DNA of 62,241 nucleotides, counting the filler, from Porpidia crustulata (lineage: Eukaryota), in the NCBI GenBank assembly GCA_964255105.1. It is 5 parts of 5 records of this genome, joined end to end, with 100 filler letters (N's around TTAATTAATTAA, not from the genome) between each part and the next. Parts side by side here need not be neighbours in the genome. Positions count along the whole stretch, not along the records: positions 12,486 to 24,861 come from CAXUWE010000541.1; positions 24,962 to 37,336 come from CAXUWE010000542.1; 3 more parts are not named here. One strand, 5' to 3'. The position numbers and the translations under genes are program-made. Positions 13,024 to 25,853 of the stretch are shown here, piece by piece. The notes under the pieces are model-generated. The model did not search any database, was not told where the DNA came from, and worked only from the letters and a program-made list of their open reading frames with translations. Positions within the stretch are counted from its first letter, which is position 1, and every line of letters begins with the position of its first letter.

Positions 13024-16000
13024 TCAATTCTCAGTCACAAATTCCGCGGATTTGAACTCGGCTCTCCCTCTCGACGCGAGCGAGTGCATCGCACCGGCGC
13101 CGTCAAGCCGTTGCTGCTCACCACCGATGACGCCATCACTGTACTGATATGGAGATAGGTAAGCGCTTGCTCGCTTCGGACCCCCCGCCCTCGATCCTTC
13201 CCCATCCGCATGCGTCCCTTGCTGCTGCTGCAGCGCCTCAGCGGCGGCTTTCTTCTTTCGATTGTTCAGATCTCCAATGATCCCCACGATGTACTTCTTT
13301 GCCCTCTCCTTCAACTCTCCGGGTTCGTTGCTCTGCTTAATGGTTTCTAGTAGCACGCGGCATTGCGTAACAGAGTTGAGATGAGGGCAGATGCGCTGGC
13401 GGCCGCTGCCGTAATGAGCGAGGCCGCAGAGTGCGCAAGTGTCGACGCCGGCGAGCTTGAGTGGGCAGAAGCCGGTGGCGTGAAGTTCGTTACAGGCGAG
13501 GCAAGGGGCTTGAGTGGAATAGAGACTGAAGCCGTTCATCTGTGGGGTGTTGGTGGTGAAGAAGGGGGAGGAGCCGCCGTCGAGGTTGTGAGGTTGGGAT
13601 GGGAGTACTTGCGCGCGTTTGGAATCCGGCACTGCCAATGCATCAGCTCGAAGGGAAGGTACAGTGCTATGGGGAAAAGTATTACCTTTGCTATTCGTAG
13701 GCGACGACTGCGATCCGAGGACAGAACCTCGAGAAGCACGAATTTCCTTTGCAGGCTGTAGCTCTTGCAAGTCAATCTGCTCGTCGACTGTTTCCGGACC
13801 ACTCTCCTCGCCGTCGCTGCCAGCACCTCGGGCTTGGAAGTCGGTGTCACTATCTGAAGTATATCGGCGTGAATGATCCTTTCGATGCGAATCGCTGGGA
13901 AGACCGCTAAAAGTCTGCTTCGAATAATCGACAGTCTAAATTGATTAGCATGGGGAATTTCAATTTGGAAAGAGACCCACTTGGCGTGCACGTTTGCCCC
14001 TACCTAATGCCTCGGATTTGACAGCAGCCTCAAGTGCCACTTCATCCTCGCGCTCCTGGAGGATTTTGTCCCAAACCGATGGATCAGGTAAAGTTGCATC
14101 ATTTTCGGAATTGTTGCCAAGCGAATCTTCCATGACTCCTTTGTCATTAGCCCATACACGCGCAAAACTGAACTGCGATTCCGCAGAATTATCCTGCCCG
14201 GTCTGTGTATCCTCAATCTGACTTCTGTCTAGAAGCTTATCTATCGACGCAGAATCATATCGTACGTCCTGGGTATCATCATCTTTGAACAACGCCGCAG
14301 TACCGTGGCGAAGGATGGACTCGAGATCCACACCAGCGTCTTCTTCAGCGTCCATCTGTTCGATTAGTACGTGGTCTAACGCCATCTTCTTCTTCCCAAT
14401 TTGCATAATCTTCTCCTCTGCCGTCGCACGAGTAGTCAGCTGAAAGACGAGCACCTTCTTCTTCTGTCCAATTCGATGGGCGCGAGACAAGGCTTGAATA
14501 TCCTGGTGTGGATTAAAGTCAGGATCCAAGATGATTACCGTATCCGCCGTGGCAAGATTAATTCCAACACCGCCGGCACGGGTTGATAGGAGAAATGCGA
14601 AAAGATTTGAGTCAGGTGCGTTGAACTCGTCAATTCGCTTTTGCTTCTGTAGAGAGCTCACATTTCCATCAAGCCGCTGGTAGTACAACCCCAGACCATC
14701 CATGAAATCTTCAACCATGTCAAGCATGTCTAGAAATTGACTGAATATAAGGACTCGATGACCGCGTTCTTGCAGCTTCGGTAGCATGATTTCGAGTAAT
14801 TGTAATTTAGATGACGCTTCAACAAGGTTGCGGTGAGAAATTGCAGCGTTTGAGCTTCGTTCTTCAATGGCTCTGCTGTAGACGAAAGGGTGACAAAGGC
14901 ATTTTCGGAGCTGCATAAGAATATTATTCAGATTGGCGCGTTCGTTTACCTTCAACGACCTCTGACTACCTCCAAAGATCGACTTGATCAATTCTGGGCT
15001 TTTTGCAAGTATCGACTTGTATAACTTTTTTTGAATAACAGTCATTGTCACAGGGATGATGATCTGAGCCATGGAAGGCAGAAACGTAAGCACTTGAGCT
15101 TTGGTACGACGCAAAAAGAATGGGCGAAGAAGAGAGTGAAGCTTTGAGACATTCTCTTTTGTCAACGTGGTATACTCTTCTTCCATGGCTTGTGCGTTGA
15201 TTGATCCGTCCAGGAATTGGAGGAGATTGAACAGCTCTCGTGGATTATTTTGAAGAGGCGTTCCAGTCAAAAGCACTTTGAAGGAGGTCCGAAGTACAGT
15301 GAGTGCTCCGTATAGGATATTCTTGTCGTTCTTCAGTCGCTGACCTTCGTCGACGATAAGTCCAGCCCAGTGTATGCCGCGGAAAACCTTTCTAAACTCG
15401 TCGTCTTGAGCCGCGTCATAAGAGGTAACCACGACATGACATCTCAGGTCTCTACCGCCTCCAAGCTCATGTTTCAGAGCCAACTTCCGAGCTTCTGCCG
15501 AGCCAAAATACATTACCACTCGTAAAGACGGCGCCCATTGTTTGATTTCGCGCCTCCAATTTGGGCAGGTTGAGTTGGGGACTACTATAAGAAAAGGCCA
15601 GCATCCGTGCGAATGCTTCAAAGTGGTGAGGAGAGCAATGATCTGAATTGTCTTGCCCAACCCCATTTCATCAGCAAGAAGAGCATTTTGACGTTTGTGC
15701 CATTGATAGTAAAGCCAATTCAAACCGTCCAATTGATACTGCATGAGCTTGCCGCCAACTAGAGTCTCAGGTTGCTCCCTTAGCTGAATTTTCTGCTCGA
15801 AATTCTGAGATCTGATTCGTTTCAGGTGTGCATTTAGACTCTGTTGCGCAGGGACATGGATGTATTTTCCCCGGACCCAGTCTTCGTAAGCTGAGGTAAA
15901 ATCTGAGCGTCGCTCGCTGTCTTCCGGATCTGGTGGAGCATCCCATACCACGTCTTCATAGCCAAGGCCCTTGAATTTCATAAGAGCCCGTTTGACTTCT

Positions 16001-18138
16001 CCGACTCGTGCTAAATCAACTTTTTCAACCTGCACCTGAACTACATTCGAGTATTCAACGTCAAACACAATATCCACACGTAGGTAATCTTCGGGTATCG
16101 CGTCTTCGGTTCTCATTTTGGGAAGGTTACTCTGATTTTCACGCCTCGAAAAGGCCTTTCGCATTGATGCAGATGTTACTCCCCATATCCAAGCGCCTGG
16201 CATCCATGTTGATTCAAAATAAGACCTATGCTTCCACTTTACCAAATACTCTTTACTATCCTCTTTGTTGAGTTCCGTTGAAGTGCCTAGGACATAAGTT
16301 TCTTCGTTGATGGGTCGCCAGGCAATAAGGGCGTCTACCGCCGCGGGCGCTGTCATACATTCCATACATGACCAATCTTGACAGTACTCCGTGAAACGAT
16401 CACTGGCGAGCTGCTCTTGATTTGTAGCATCCGAAGGATTGTCATCTCTTCTTGTAGGAAGATGGTACATATGAAAGCCGCGATAACACACGACACAGCG
16501 AAATAGTAGATTGTCGGCGTTGTTGACAAGATGAGGCGCTATTATGGTAGTCGGATCCTCGCCATCATTATCTTCCCGATATTTCTGTTCCTGTATTATA
16601 GTTTTGCGGTCACGGAATGCCTGTGTTGACACACCAGCCACTCTACAAATCGAACACTCACCTTGATTAGGCGCCATGGGATCTTTCCTCTTTGCGGATC
16701 CAATACACCGTCTGCACTGGAGGATGAAGTCACTATCCCCAGCCTTAGTCACAAGGTGGTCTCTGGAATTCCTTGGGCCGAGACATCTTTGGTGATATGA
16801 TAGCGTACAGCCCTGGCACAAAACAAGTTCACCTTTCTCACCTTTCTCATCATGATAACCATAATCACCACAAGCATCGCACATCTGATTGTGACGAAGG
16901 CGAAAGTCATTGTCTTCTGGGATCCGGCGATAGTGCTCTTTGGCACCGACGGCCCTCGATGATTCCTTGTTGGGTATGCTGTCTGAAATCTCGTCCTCCC
17001 CTGGTTCGCGCATGTCAATTACTGTCTTCCTAGACCGTTCGGACCGCCGTTTGCCTTCAGCACGAGGTTCTTGCCGCTGAGGTCCGCGAAGCAGGACTCG
17101 AGCTCGACGTGTACTAGTGCTTCGAGATAAATTTCTTCTGCGTTTACCAAGCCGAGGCCGACTATCTTCACTCTCATCAACATCCGAGTCGTCCATGGGC
17201 GCAATCTCCCTGTAACTGATTGCCCTATTGCCTACGGATCGCATTGTTCGGGTAGTGTGAGGGCGCCCGACCGCACGATTGTACGAGGCTGGCCCAGAAG
17301 CATCACTGATCGAATCTTGAGAAGCTGTGGAGGATCGAGATGTTAGTGATTTTGAATTACGAGCACGGCCGCGCTTTGGTGCGCTTAGAAAGCCCCTCCT
17401 GTGCCTAATAGATGGCTGTGCGGTGGTCAGTTCGTCGTCAGATGACGAACCCATGTTTATGAGATCGACTAGCCTCCTTGACCGTCTGGGCTTGTCTTTG
17501 GCGGAGTAGAGTATGGCGGATTGCTGACTTGAACTAGACTCATCTGAAGCGTGGCGTGAAGAATTGAAAAATCGTTCTAGGGCAGCAGCACCATTCTGGA
17601 GTTTGATGAAGATGTTGTATTTTACCTAGAACAGAGTAATTAGAGGGGTCGTATTGAAGGTGATACTGTGAGGTGAGGCAGCCGTGGCGGCTCAAGGAGT
17701 CCTGATCAAGTACTCATGACCAAATGAGAAATCACTCACTCTTCGCTCACAGCCGTCGCGTAGCTTTACTAGATACTGGATGTCACCCCCATCATCATAC
17801 TCTTCCAGTACTTTTAATACAGGAGCTTCCTTGTAGGTCTGATACTCCCAACGTCGTTCAACAGGAGGTACATGTATTGATATATTCGAACTGGGGGCAT
17901 TATCCAAGTATGTAGCGTCGTGCATGGTCGAAGAAGGCCTCACAGGACTGTCTTGAGGTATAAATAGTGGTGAGTGGCGAGCTTGACTGCCGTTCACGTT
18001 GATCGTGCCCCTGGGCGTACTGTTTCTAATAGAAGAGGCTTCATCCTCTGTGTTTGACACCGTCTTGACAGGCTCAATCTCAAGTACATGCTTTTGCAAC
18101 GTCTCAGCGTCCCTTCCATCTCCAGCCTTCAGTGTCAT
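13024..18138 (-). CDS. MIT1: Mit1/Mi-2-like CHD chromatin remodelling ATPase (PHD-like fingers, chromo-like region, SNF2 helicase, C-terminal zinc fingers), 3 exons
   Basis: SNF2 motifs LLADEMGLGKT, IVDEGQRLKN, LLTGTPLQN, FLLSTRAGGVGINL, QALSRAHRIGQ. PHD-like CDAC...CQGC..YHQRC. C-terminal CLACNELH...CPLK...CALCGLAH...CPHL. Introns at ~17739-17626 and ~13980-13936 join ORFs 17692..18138, 13960..17454 and 13024..13770 in frame. Confidence 0.9.
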
Positions 18139-18678
18139 ATTGCGTTGGAACTAGGATCGGGGCAACCTAGCTTAGGCAAAAGAGCGGAAGGAACAGAAAG
18201 GACGCAATGAAAGTATTCTTCATCGATTGGGTGTTTGGATGCTAAATCCCTACACCTGGCAGGCGAATCAACAAATAGAGCTTCCACGGGCACTCGTTTG
18301 GCACCGCAGGATCATTCTCGTTTAGCAATTGACGCGTCCCGAGTACCGCACTGTATATCTAGGTACACTGATTGCTCGTCTATGCAATTCATAACGATGG
18401 GGTTAGGAGATTCTATTATTTGCAATGGTCTGACGCGCATTGCGTAACGCGGTAGAACTTCGGCATAGACGCGCAAGGGAGCAAAATTACAGGGATACAC
18501 ATTCGCACCCCCCAACGCGCCGCCCTACTCAGAGCTAGTCGATATAGCCCTAACCCTAGGCGTCGCGGACCGTTGGGGGGTGGGAACTAGGTAATCTCGG
18601 GATCCCTGCATAGCAAAATCTGGAAGCTGGAAAATTATCTGTCGTTCCAGATACTTACTACCGACTACACCGAATGTA

Positions 18679-21177
18679 ATGCTCAGAACCTCAGGATTCG
18701 CCGGTCAAAATTTCCTGAGTATAAGCTCTCATACGGCTCAATTTCGTTCAGCAAGGCTTAGTATCGCCCTACGCTCAGTCTCGACAAATTCTGCTATTCA
18801 TCGAGGGATCAGGAAATCAACTCGTGTCGCCAGTAGAGACGGGTCTCAATCACGCTATAATGGGGCTCAGGAACGAATGCTGGATGGCAGGCAGGACAGA
18901 TCTGGTGCAAGGGCTCGTGTCGCGGGCAGAGATCGTCCTCGGTCCCAGTATGATGCAGCACCTTCCGGCGGGATGGGAAGATTTGATGAAAGGACCCGGG
19001 CTACGACAAGAGACACTCCCAAATTCCGCTATAATGCCGATCGAGAAAGAATATCCTCTACTAGGACGGGAAGATTTGATGGAGAGACTCGTGCAATAAA
19101 TATGGAGGGACCCAAATCTCCCCACGATGGGGCTCGAGATGGAGCAATGCCCTACGACGGTCAAGGGTCGGGCGCAAGAGTGTCTAGACCAAACCATCAA
19201 CAGAAACAGGATGTTGATGATATATGGGAGTCTCAAAACCGCGCGGAAGGGAGATTGACCCCAAGACAGCGAAAATACATGCGAGGTGGAAGAGAAGAAC
19301 CTTTCGAATCGTCCCGGCGAAGTACGCCTCGGTTGTCGGGAACAGATTTTCATGACAGAGGGGCGTCTAGAACACCCGCTGAGTCCTCGAATCGCGGTAA
19401 AAGTGGAGTACCATTTTACGAAAAGACTCAACATGCTGTAGGGGGTGGAGGAGAACGATCAGGCATCTTTCGTAGGTATGGAGACAACGGTTCGTCAGAC
19501 TCATCTAGTCGCAAGATTGAGATACCTAATCGAGCACTTCGACGTGCTTCAATCTATGGGCATTATGAAAACCCGCCTCCTAATTTCAAAGTCCCCCTCC
19601 CGCACGAAACCGACAGCGGCGGGGATCTCGCTCCAAACACACGATTCCGGGATGAACCTTTGTCCCGAGTATCCAGTTCCTCGGACGATCGCCGACCAAG
19701 GTCTGGCTATCGTCCATCAGGTGACAGAGAAAACCACCTTACACAAAGAAACGGGAATGATATTCCAAGTCATAACGTGCGGGACCTTTCAAATTATAGT
19801 ACAGGATACTTAAGATCAGGAGTCCATGCAGAACGATCAAGTGAAACAGGTTTGTCTTACAGGGAGGGGCGCCGCGGTCCCGAAGACTTTGGAAATGGCT
19901 TTATACGCCAATCGCACCGAGAGCCGTCTCAATCTATTATACGTGAACGTTTGACGGAACCTGAACAGGAGTTAGTCAGACCTGAAGAAGATAGGCGACG
20001 GCCGGAGTGGAAAGCGAGGGCCCCCTTGAGTATACCATACACTACACCGGCATCGGAATTCCTTTATGGCACGTCTGTAATCACTGCCGCTTTGAAATCC
20101 GGGCGCAGGAAGATGTACCAATTATATCTTTATGATGGGGAAAACCGGGCAAATGCAGCACAAGATACAGTCATGAGGAAATTGGCTCTTTCGCAGGGTG
20201 TCGAAGTTAGCAGAGTACAAGGGGATTGGCTACGTATGATGGATAAAATGAGTGGAGGAAGACCGCACAATGGCTACATTCTTGAAGCTTCACCGTTGCC
20301 CAAGTTACCTGTCGTGGGGTTTGAATCTGTGCCCAGGCCCCAGGCATCGTTCAAGATATTACTAGACCATCAATCGCGCGAAGAAGAAGCAATCAACGGG
20401 ATTCAGCCGATGATCAAGTATCAGTCTGGATTCAGGAGATTTCCTTTCGTACTTCTCTTGGATGGTATCCTTGACCCAGGAAATCTTGGAGCTATCATGC
20501 GGACAGCCTACTATCTCGGAATTGATGCAGTCGCGATATCAAACCGCAATAGCGCTCCATTCACCCCAGTGACACTGAAAGCTTCTGCAGGAGCATCAGA
20601 GGATCTGCCTCTCATGTCAATAAGCCAGCCTGGTAGTTTTATTGATAATTGCCAGAGGAACGGCTGGAAGTTCTTTGCCGCAGTCGCTCCACGCAGCAAC
20701 TCCTCGGCAACTGTTCCTGTTCAAAGACCTTACTACTCCACATCGGCGCTAGGTAGTCCTATCAGAGATCATCCATGTGTTTTGATCTTGGGAGGCGAAG
20801 GCGAAGGACTTCGATGGAATATCCAGAAGAAGGCTAATTATCTCGTTGGCATAGAAGGCCATCGTGCTGGCCAGGGAGGGGTCGATAGTTTGAACGTCAG
20901 TGTGGCTGCCGGCCTCCTTTGTGAAGCATTCTTGAGGAAGCCTGTGCAACATACGAACGAGGCTTTCAAGAAGCGAATCAGTGAAGTTTGGAAGCCGGGC
21001 TCCGACACCATTCATCCCGGCACAGACACTTCGATCCACGCTGCATCTGTGGAAAGACAACCACACAGCAATGATGTCAACACTCCGAAGACCATTCCTC
21101 CCTATCTATTCAATGATACCTTGCGGCGCTCTGGTGCAGATGAGGGTGATGGGCTTAGCGAACACCGCTTGTTCTGA
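18679..21177 (+). CDS. MRM1: Mitochondrial rRNA 2'-O-methyltransferase (SpoU/TrmH family) with a long low-complexity N-terminal region
   Basis: IPYTTPASEFLYG, GRPHNGYILEASPLP, LLLDGILDPGNLGAIMRTAYYLG, ILGGEGEGL, VDSLNVSVAAG. The Arg/Ser-rich N-terminus resembles a mitochondrial presequence. Confidence 0.92.
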   Translation: MLRTSGFAGQNFLSISSHTAQFRSARLSIALRSVSTNSAIHRGIRKSTRVASRDGSQSRYNGAQERMLDGRQDRSGARARVAGRDRPRSQYDAAPSGGMGRFDERTRATTRDTPKFRYNADRERISSTRTGRFDGETRAINMEGPKSPHDGARDGAMPYDGQGSGARVSRPNHQQKQDVDDIWESQNRAEGRLTPRQRKYMRGGREEPFESSRRSTPRLSGTDFHDRGASRTPAESSNRGKSGVPFYEKTQHAVGGGGERSGIFRRYGDNGSSDSSSRKIEIPNRALRRASIYGHYENPPPNFKVPLPHETDSGGDLAPNTRFRDEPLSRVSSSSDDRRPRSGYRPSGDRENHLTQRNGNDIPSHNVRDLSNYSTGYLRSGVHAERSSETGLSYREGRRGPEDFGNGFIRQSHREPSQSIIRERLTEPEQELVRPEEDRRRPEWKARAPLSIPYTTPASEFLYGTSVITAALKSGRRKMYQLYLYDGENRANAAQDTVMRKLALSQGVEVSRVQGDWLRMMDKMSGGRPHNGYILEASPLPKLPVVGFESVPRPQASFKILLDHQSREEEAINGIQPMIKYQSGFRRFPFVLLLDGILDPGNLGAIMRTAYYLGIDAVAISNRNSAPFTPVTLKASAGASEDLPLMSISQPGSFIDNCQRNGWKFFAAVAPRSNSSATVPVQRPYYSTSALGSPIRDHPCVLILGGEGEGLRWNIQKKANYLVGIEGHRAGQGGVDSLNVSVAAGLLCEAFLRKPVQHTNEAFKKRISEVWKPGSDTIHPGTDTSIHAASVERQPHSNDVNTPKTIPPYLFNDTLRRSGADEGDGLSEHRLF

Positions 21178-23697
21178 ATCTGTATTTCCCACTCCGAGAT
21201 ACCCTGTATATTAGTACATAGATAGTGTATAATAGATCGGACCGGACCCGCTCGCGCTATTAGCAGGCGCTCCGGCCAATTTCGTTATACACCATGAAGC
21301 AATTAATTCCAATCACATGGAATAAATCTTCTCATCTTTTCCACGCATACAATGGGCCTTTCTTTAATAATAATTCTAAATTTCGCGTAGATGACTTCAT
21401 AATTATAATTCAAGAGACAACAACAAACATGCGTTGATTGTAGTGATTATTTCAAACCAGATATCGTACATATAAGAGTCTGCGAACCTTTCCGCTCTTA
21501 TTTTGTCACGTTGTTGACGGAGAACGATTCTAGAAAGTTACAAAAGAATCTAAAATAAATATCTACGTTTAATGAAATTTTTTGAAATACTTTGAAAGCT
21601 TTCTCAAGCACGATAGAGAAGTATATCTACACTATATCACTTGTACTCGCGATATAATTAAATAACTCGCAAGGACTATTCAGGTGTCGTGTCTAGAGAG
21701 AATCTTCCTTGGGATGAAATTATCATTCTAAAATGGACGAATTGGTATATCAAGCTCATCCAATGAGTCTATTGCGGCCGTCAACAACTCCTCCAGCAAA
21801 CCTGAAAATCTCGCGCCATGCCTGCGGTAAGCTCACCAAGCTATGCGCTGGAAGACTGCTGCATGACTCGTGGCACCACATATGATATCTTGTATATATA
21901 TATATGCTCATCCAAGAGGCAGACTCGGAGCTAAAGAGGCCTGGATTCAAATAGCGACGACAAGAGATGTTCAATCCTACCAGGTTCTCCTCAGCGAGAG
22001 CTCAGTGCGGGACTTGGTGGCAAGTCTACGCCAGAGAGAGCTCGCTACCAGGCTTGTTAGGTAACGCTATGTCTCTCCAGCGATTGGGAAAGAAGTACGT
22101 TAAGTATTACCTCGTCTGTGTGCGGCAAAGTTCAAGTTCCCTGAGATCAGCGGAGTAAAGGCAATAAATGGCTCACCAGCAACATTTATTCGCAATCGAC
22201 TAAAGGAGCTAGACCCCGATTGCAAGACTTGATAGGTAACGCTATATTTTTGATAGCATTTGAGAAAGAAGAATATTGAGCGTCTTACCATCTGATTGAA
22301 GAAACCAGAGCCAGTTGTATTAAAATAGTAGAAAATGTTCTGTCTTCGTCAGCGGATGGAATAAGGATAACAAGTATTACCTCCTGCCGAATAGATTGTC
22401 GTTGCACAAAGAAAGTGGAGTTAATTGCAAGATATGACAAGTAATACTACGTCTTGTACAGTGATGAGAAAAAGAGGGATACTTCGTATTACTCATCAAG
22501 GAAATCCATCGTTCAACCAAAAACGCTAGAGTCAGGATCGAGACACGGCGGGCTCTAGGTTGTCTTTAACAGCAATGCTTCCAAGAAGTATTTGGCACAC
22601 GAGAGGAAGGTGCATGAGAGAAAGATGTCACCGACTGAAGAAGAAGCCAGAGAAGATTTAACGACATGGTAGGTATTTGTTTCTATGCTCCGGCAGGGAG
22701 GGAGAGAAAATCGTTTTCAATTCTTGCTGCATTATGAACGACTTCCACTATTTGATTTTATCTTGGGTGTTAGGATTGAGTAAAGTTTAAATTTTATGAA
22801 ACCTTTGGTTCGAAATACTACAGGCCCATGCAGTATGAACCTGGCAATGAACTTTCATTCACGTCGATAGACGCGGGAGAGCTATATACCCGTCTTAGAT
22901 TTCTAAGAGAAATGATAAATGCGAAAGCATTTGGCATCATTGATCCGGGAGCATGCCGGCATGAGACCAGCATACCAGCACTGGAGTAGCAGCAGGTTAC
23001 CGTCGTGTAGATCTTGGATCACGGCTACCTACCTTGTGTTGACAATCCATGAAGTTTTCTCCGTCGAAACCATTGTCCTCTGGCACCAAAAACACGATGT
23101 TTGGTTGTTACTTGGGCTCTCAGCCCAATTACATCCTGAGTGATGCTCGCTTCCTAGGTTATATTGTCAATTTTGGTTCATTCACATTATCTCTCTTGTC
23201 ACTATTCGTACAGGATAACAGTGATGGTGAATTTGGCTTGATCGTTCCTGTTGCATTGAATTTTTAGACCTTGTTCATTACGGGGCACACATATTGTGCA
23301 CACAACAATCCACTTCCTTCCTCATACAACCTCAAGTTCGCAAGTTTTCTTACCAGACATCTACATTTTTCAATTTTTCCCAGCAAATATATCTAGACAG
23401 GCTGTTGGCACTACAAAGCTAATTTGCCGATATTATTCAAGTCTCACAGAGCAGGAATAGGTAAGCCTCCAAATCCTACAAATTGATCATGCAATTTTTG
23501 CTTTAGCCAGAGAGCGAATCGCACACAAGAATTGTTCACTATATACTCAACACAACTACCACTTTTGCTCAAGACACTCCCTCTTCCTGCGGCCACGTGT
23601 TTCAACCCCCGTACGCCAAAGAAATTCTTCTGACAGCTGACCAGTTCCATCAGTCGAAGTTTCAAATACAATATATCAAACAACCTCGCTCGCCACA

Positions 23698-24861
23698 ATG
23701 TCGGACTTTCCCCGTCCTCTCTACTTCCTTTCGCGTGGCAATGGCGTATTAACGCCCCTTATAGCAGCAGATGAACTGCCTAAACTCATCAAGATTGCTG
23801 GTGTACCAGCAACAATCTCCCTGGCAGACACTGCGAATATGCAGAGCCTGGGAGAAGTATACCATAGTGGGAAATTCTACGCCATTCAATTGACAGGCAC
23901 CTCGCCTATCAACGCTTTGGAGAGACTTTCTGCACAGACGGCGAGCACGCAGGCCGTCGAACGACAAGCGGAAGAAGATCACCTTCCGCACCAGCGCTAT
24001 CAGGCACCAGGCTTTGGCTCGGGTGCGGAAAAGTCAGCTCCCCCAGGAGCAAGGGAAATTCAAAATTGGCGCAACGGCGTCACAGCCGACAGCACTCAAG
24101 TATATACTTTTCATTCTTTTTCAGACGGGATCATCTTTGCTAAGAATTCCAAGGCCGCCATTGACTCAGTCATCGCTTTCAACCAGCAGCACGTCGCCGC
24201 TCCACAAGAGCCGATCCTCCCCCCGCCCGCCGGCTCCTCTCCCCCTCGAATCCAAGCGGCCAAGCCTGGCATATACGGCAAAAAAATATATTGCACGTAT
24301 TACCTCAAGACCGGCCACTGCATGTATAGCCAGCAGGGGTGTATATACAAGCACGATATGCCGGACCAAAAGACGCTGAGTGAAATCGGCATCCCGAGTC
24401 GGCCCGAGTGGCACATCAAGCAATTCGGGTTCAGTTGGAAGCCGGAGAAACAGGGGGCGGCTGAGCAGCCGTGGCGGGTTCAGACCCATCAAAAGGCCAT
24501 TGCGTACCAGCAGTCTCTTGCGCGCCACCAACAGGCTCCGGTACAAGAGCAGGTCCATATATACCAGCCGACTCCAATCGCCCAGTCTGCGGTAGCTAAG
24601 AGCTTCAGCCGGTTCGAAGCTGGCCAGGCGCAAGCGCCTACACAGCCTGCGCCTCGTCACCTACCGCTGAACGGCCAGCAAGGAATTGCCCCTGCTGCTC
24701 GCTTCCCTGGCTTCCTTGCCAACAATAATGCTGCGCAGCATGCTCTCGCCTCTTCCGGTTCGCCTCTCTCTCGTTCGCCATACATGCTGGGTGGTATGAC
24801 CCTTGATCCCCTTACCACAAAACCACGCCCTACCATCGCCAGCGATTATACGCCACCCACC
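23698..24861 (+). CDS. CCCH zinc-finger protein, 3'-truncated by contig end
   Basis: CTYYLKTGHCMYSQQGCIYKH (C-x8-C-x6-C-x3-H); N-terminal YFLSRGNGVLTPLIAADELP; probable in-frame intron at ~24100-24153; frame is open up to the spacer. Confidence 0.8.
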
Positions 24862-24961
24862 NNNNNNNNNNNNNNNNNNNNNNNNNNNNNNNNNNNNNNN
24901 NNNNNTTAATTAATTAANNNNNNNNNNNNNNNNNNNNNNNNNNNNNNNNNNNNNNNNNNNN
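24862..24961. other. Artificial contig-joining spacer
   Basis: N44-TTAATTAATTAA-N44. Confidence 0.98.
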
Positions 24962-24963
24962 CC

Positions 24964-25392
24964 CACCCCTCCCAGCCCACCATCCCCAGCCGCCGCCAAG
25001 CCCTGAGCAACTACTCCGCCTCCAACTACTCCCAACAAAGCCCATACCCCGAACCCCTCCGCATCCGCTACTCCCAGCCTCTCACCCACAGTTCCGGCAA
25101 GCGCCTCTCCACCATCCCGAGCACAAGCCCCCTCGCCTCCCCTCGGCCTCAGACCCCTTCGGGACTCACGTCTTGGGAACGCGCTGGGATCCGCAACTCG
25201 ATCCAGACTCGGGGATCCCGGGACCTGCAACGCGCCAGTTTCGAGCGGACGAACCCGATGAGGTCGAATTCGCAGAAATTGCACTTGCAGAGGACCAGGT
25301 CGCAGCTCATTTTCGACACGACGAATCTGCCGCCGAGTATCAAGGGGGGTGGGACGTGGAAGTTGAAGAGCCAGGAGGATCTCTTTGGGTGA
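24964..25392 (+). CDS. 3' fragment of an unidentified Ser/Pro-rich protein (5'-truncated by contig start)
   Basis: Frame is open from the contig edge (HPSQPTIPSRRQALSNYS...ERAGIRNSIQTRGSRDLQRASFERTNPMRS...SQEDLFG*) with many C/G-ending codons; no recognisable domain. Confidence 0.45.
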   Translation, partial: HPSQPTIPSRRQALSNYSASNYSQQSPYPEPLRIRYSQPLTHSSGKRLSTIPSTSPLASPRPQTPSGLTSWERAGIRNSIQTRGSRDLQRASFERTNPMRSNSQKLHLQRTRSQLIFDTTNLPPSIKGGGTWKLKSQEDLFG

Positions 25393-25853
25393 GTCGTGGG
25401 TCGAAAAGTTCACGGCGGAGGGGAGGCATCGAGGATAGATTGCTCTTTTGGATGGCATGGGGAAGGAGACGGAGGTTTGGGAGGGATTGTTAAAGGAGAT
25501 GCGAGATTGTCGTTCGAGCAGGCAAAGTTCTTAATGCAATTGGTGTTCAGATATTATAGACCAAAGATAAGGCGGAAAATTAGAAGGGTAGATCGTAGAC
25601 TTTTGAAGCAATATGTAACATTGGGTCATTTGAATTGATGCGCTCAAGTCTGCTATGGAAGTCGCTATCTGCTACTGATAATGACTGATATCTGATGAGA
25701 TTGGATGGATATCATCGGAATTCGTCCGTGATATCCTGACTGCATAACGATAGGTAAAACGTCTATGATTATAATTACATCAACTCCAACGCATGTACCA
25801 ATTGAGCATCTCCAAAGATAGGGAACAGTAGATATTACGACAAGAAAGTGATA

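Noticed and set aside
21226..21291. Short inverted repeat GTGTATAA...TTATACAC as a second MITE
   Set aside because: Only 8 bp of perfect stem, weak internal pairing and no clear target-site duplication.
24962..25493. Post-gap sequence as the continuation of the CCCH gene
   Set aside because: It lies on a different contig; adjacency across the spacer is not evidence of linkage.
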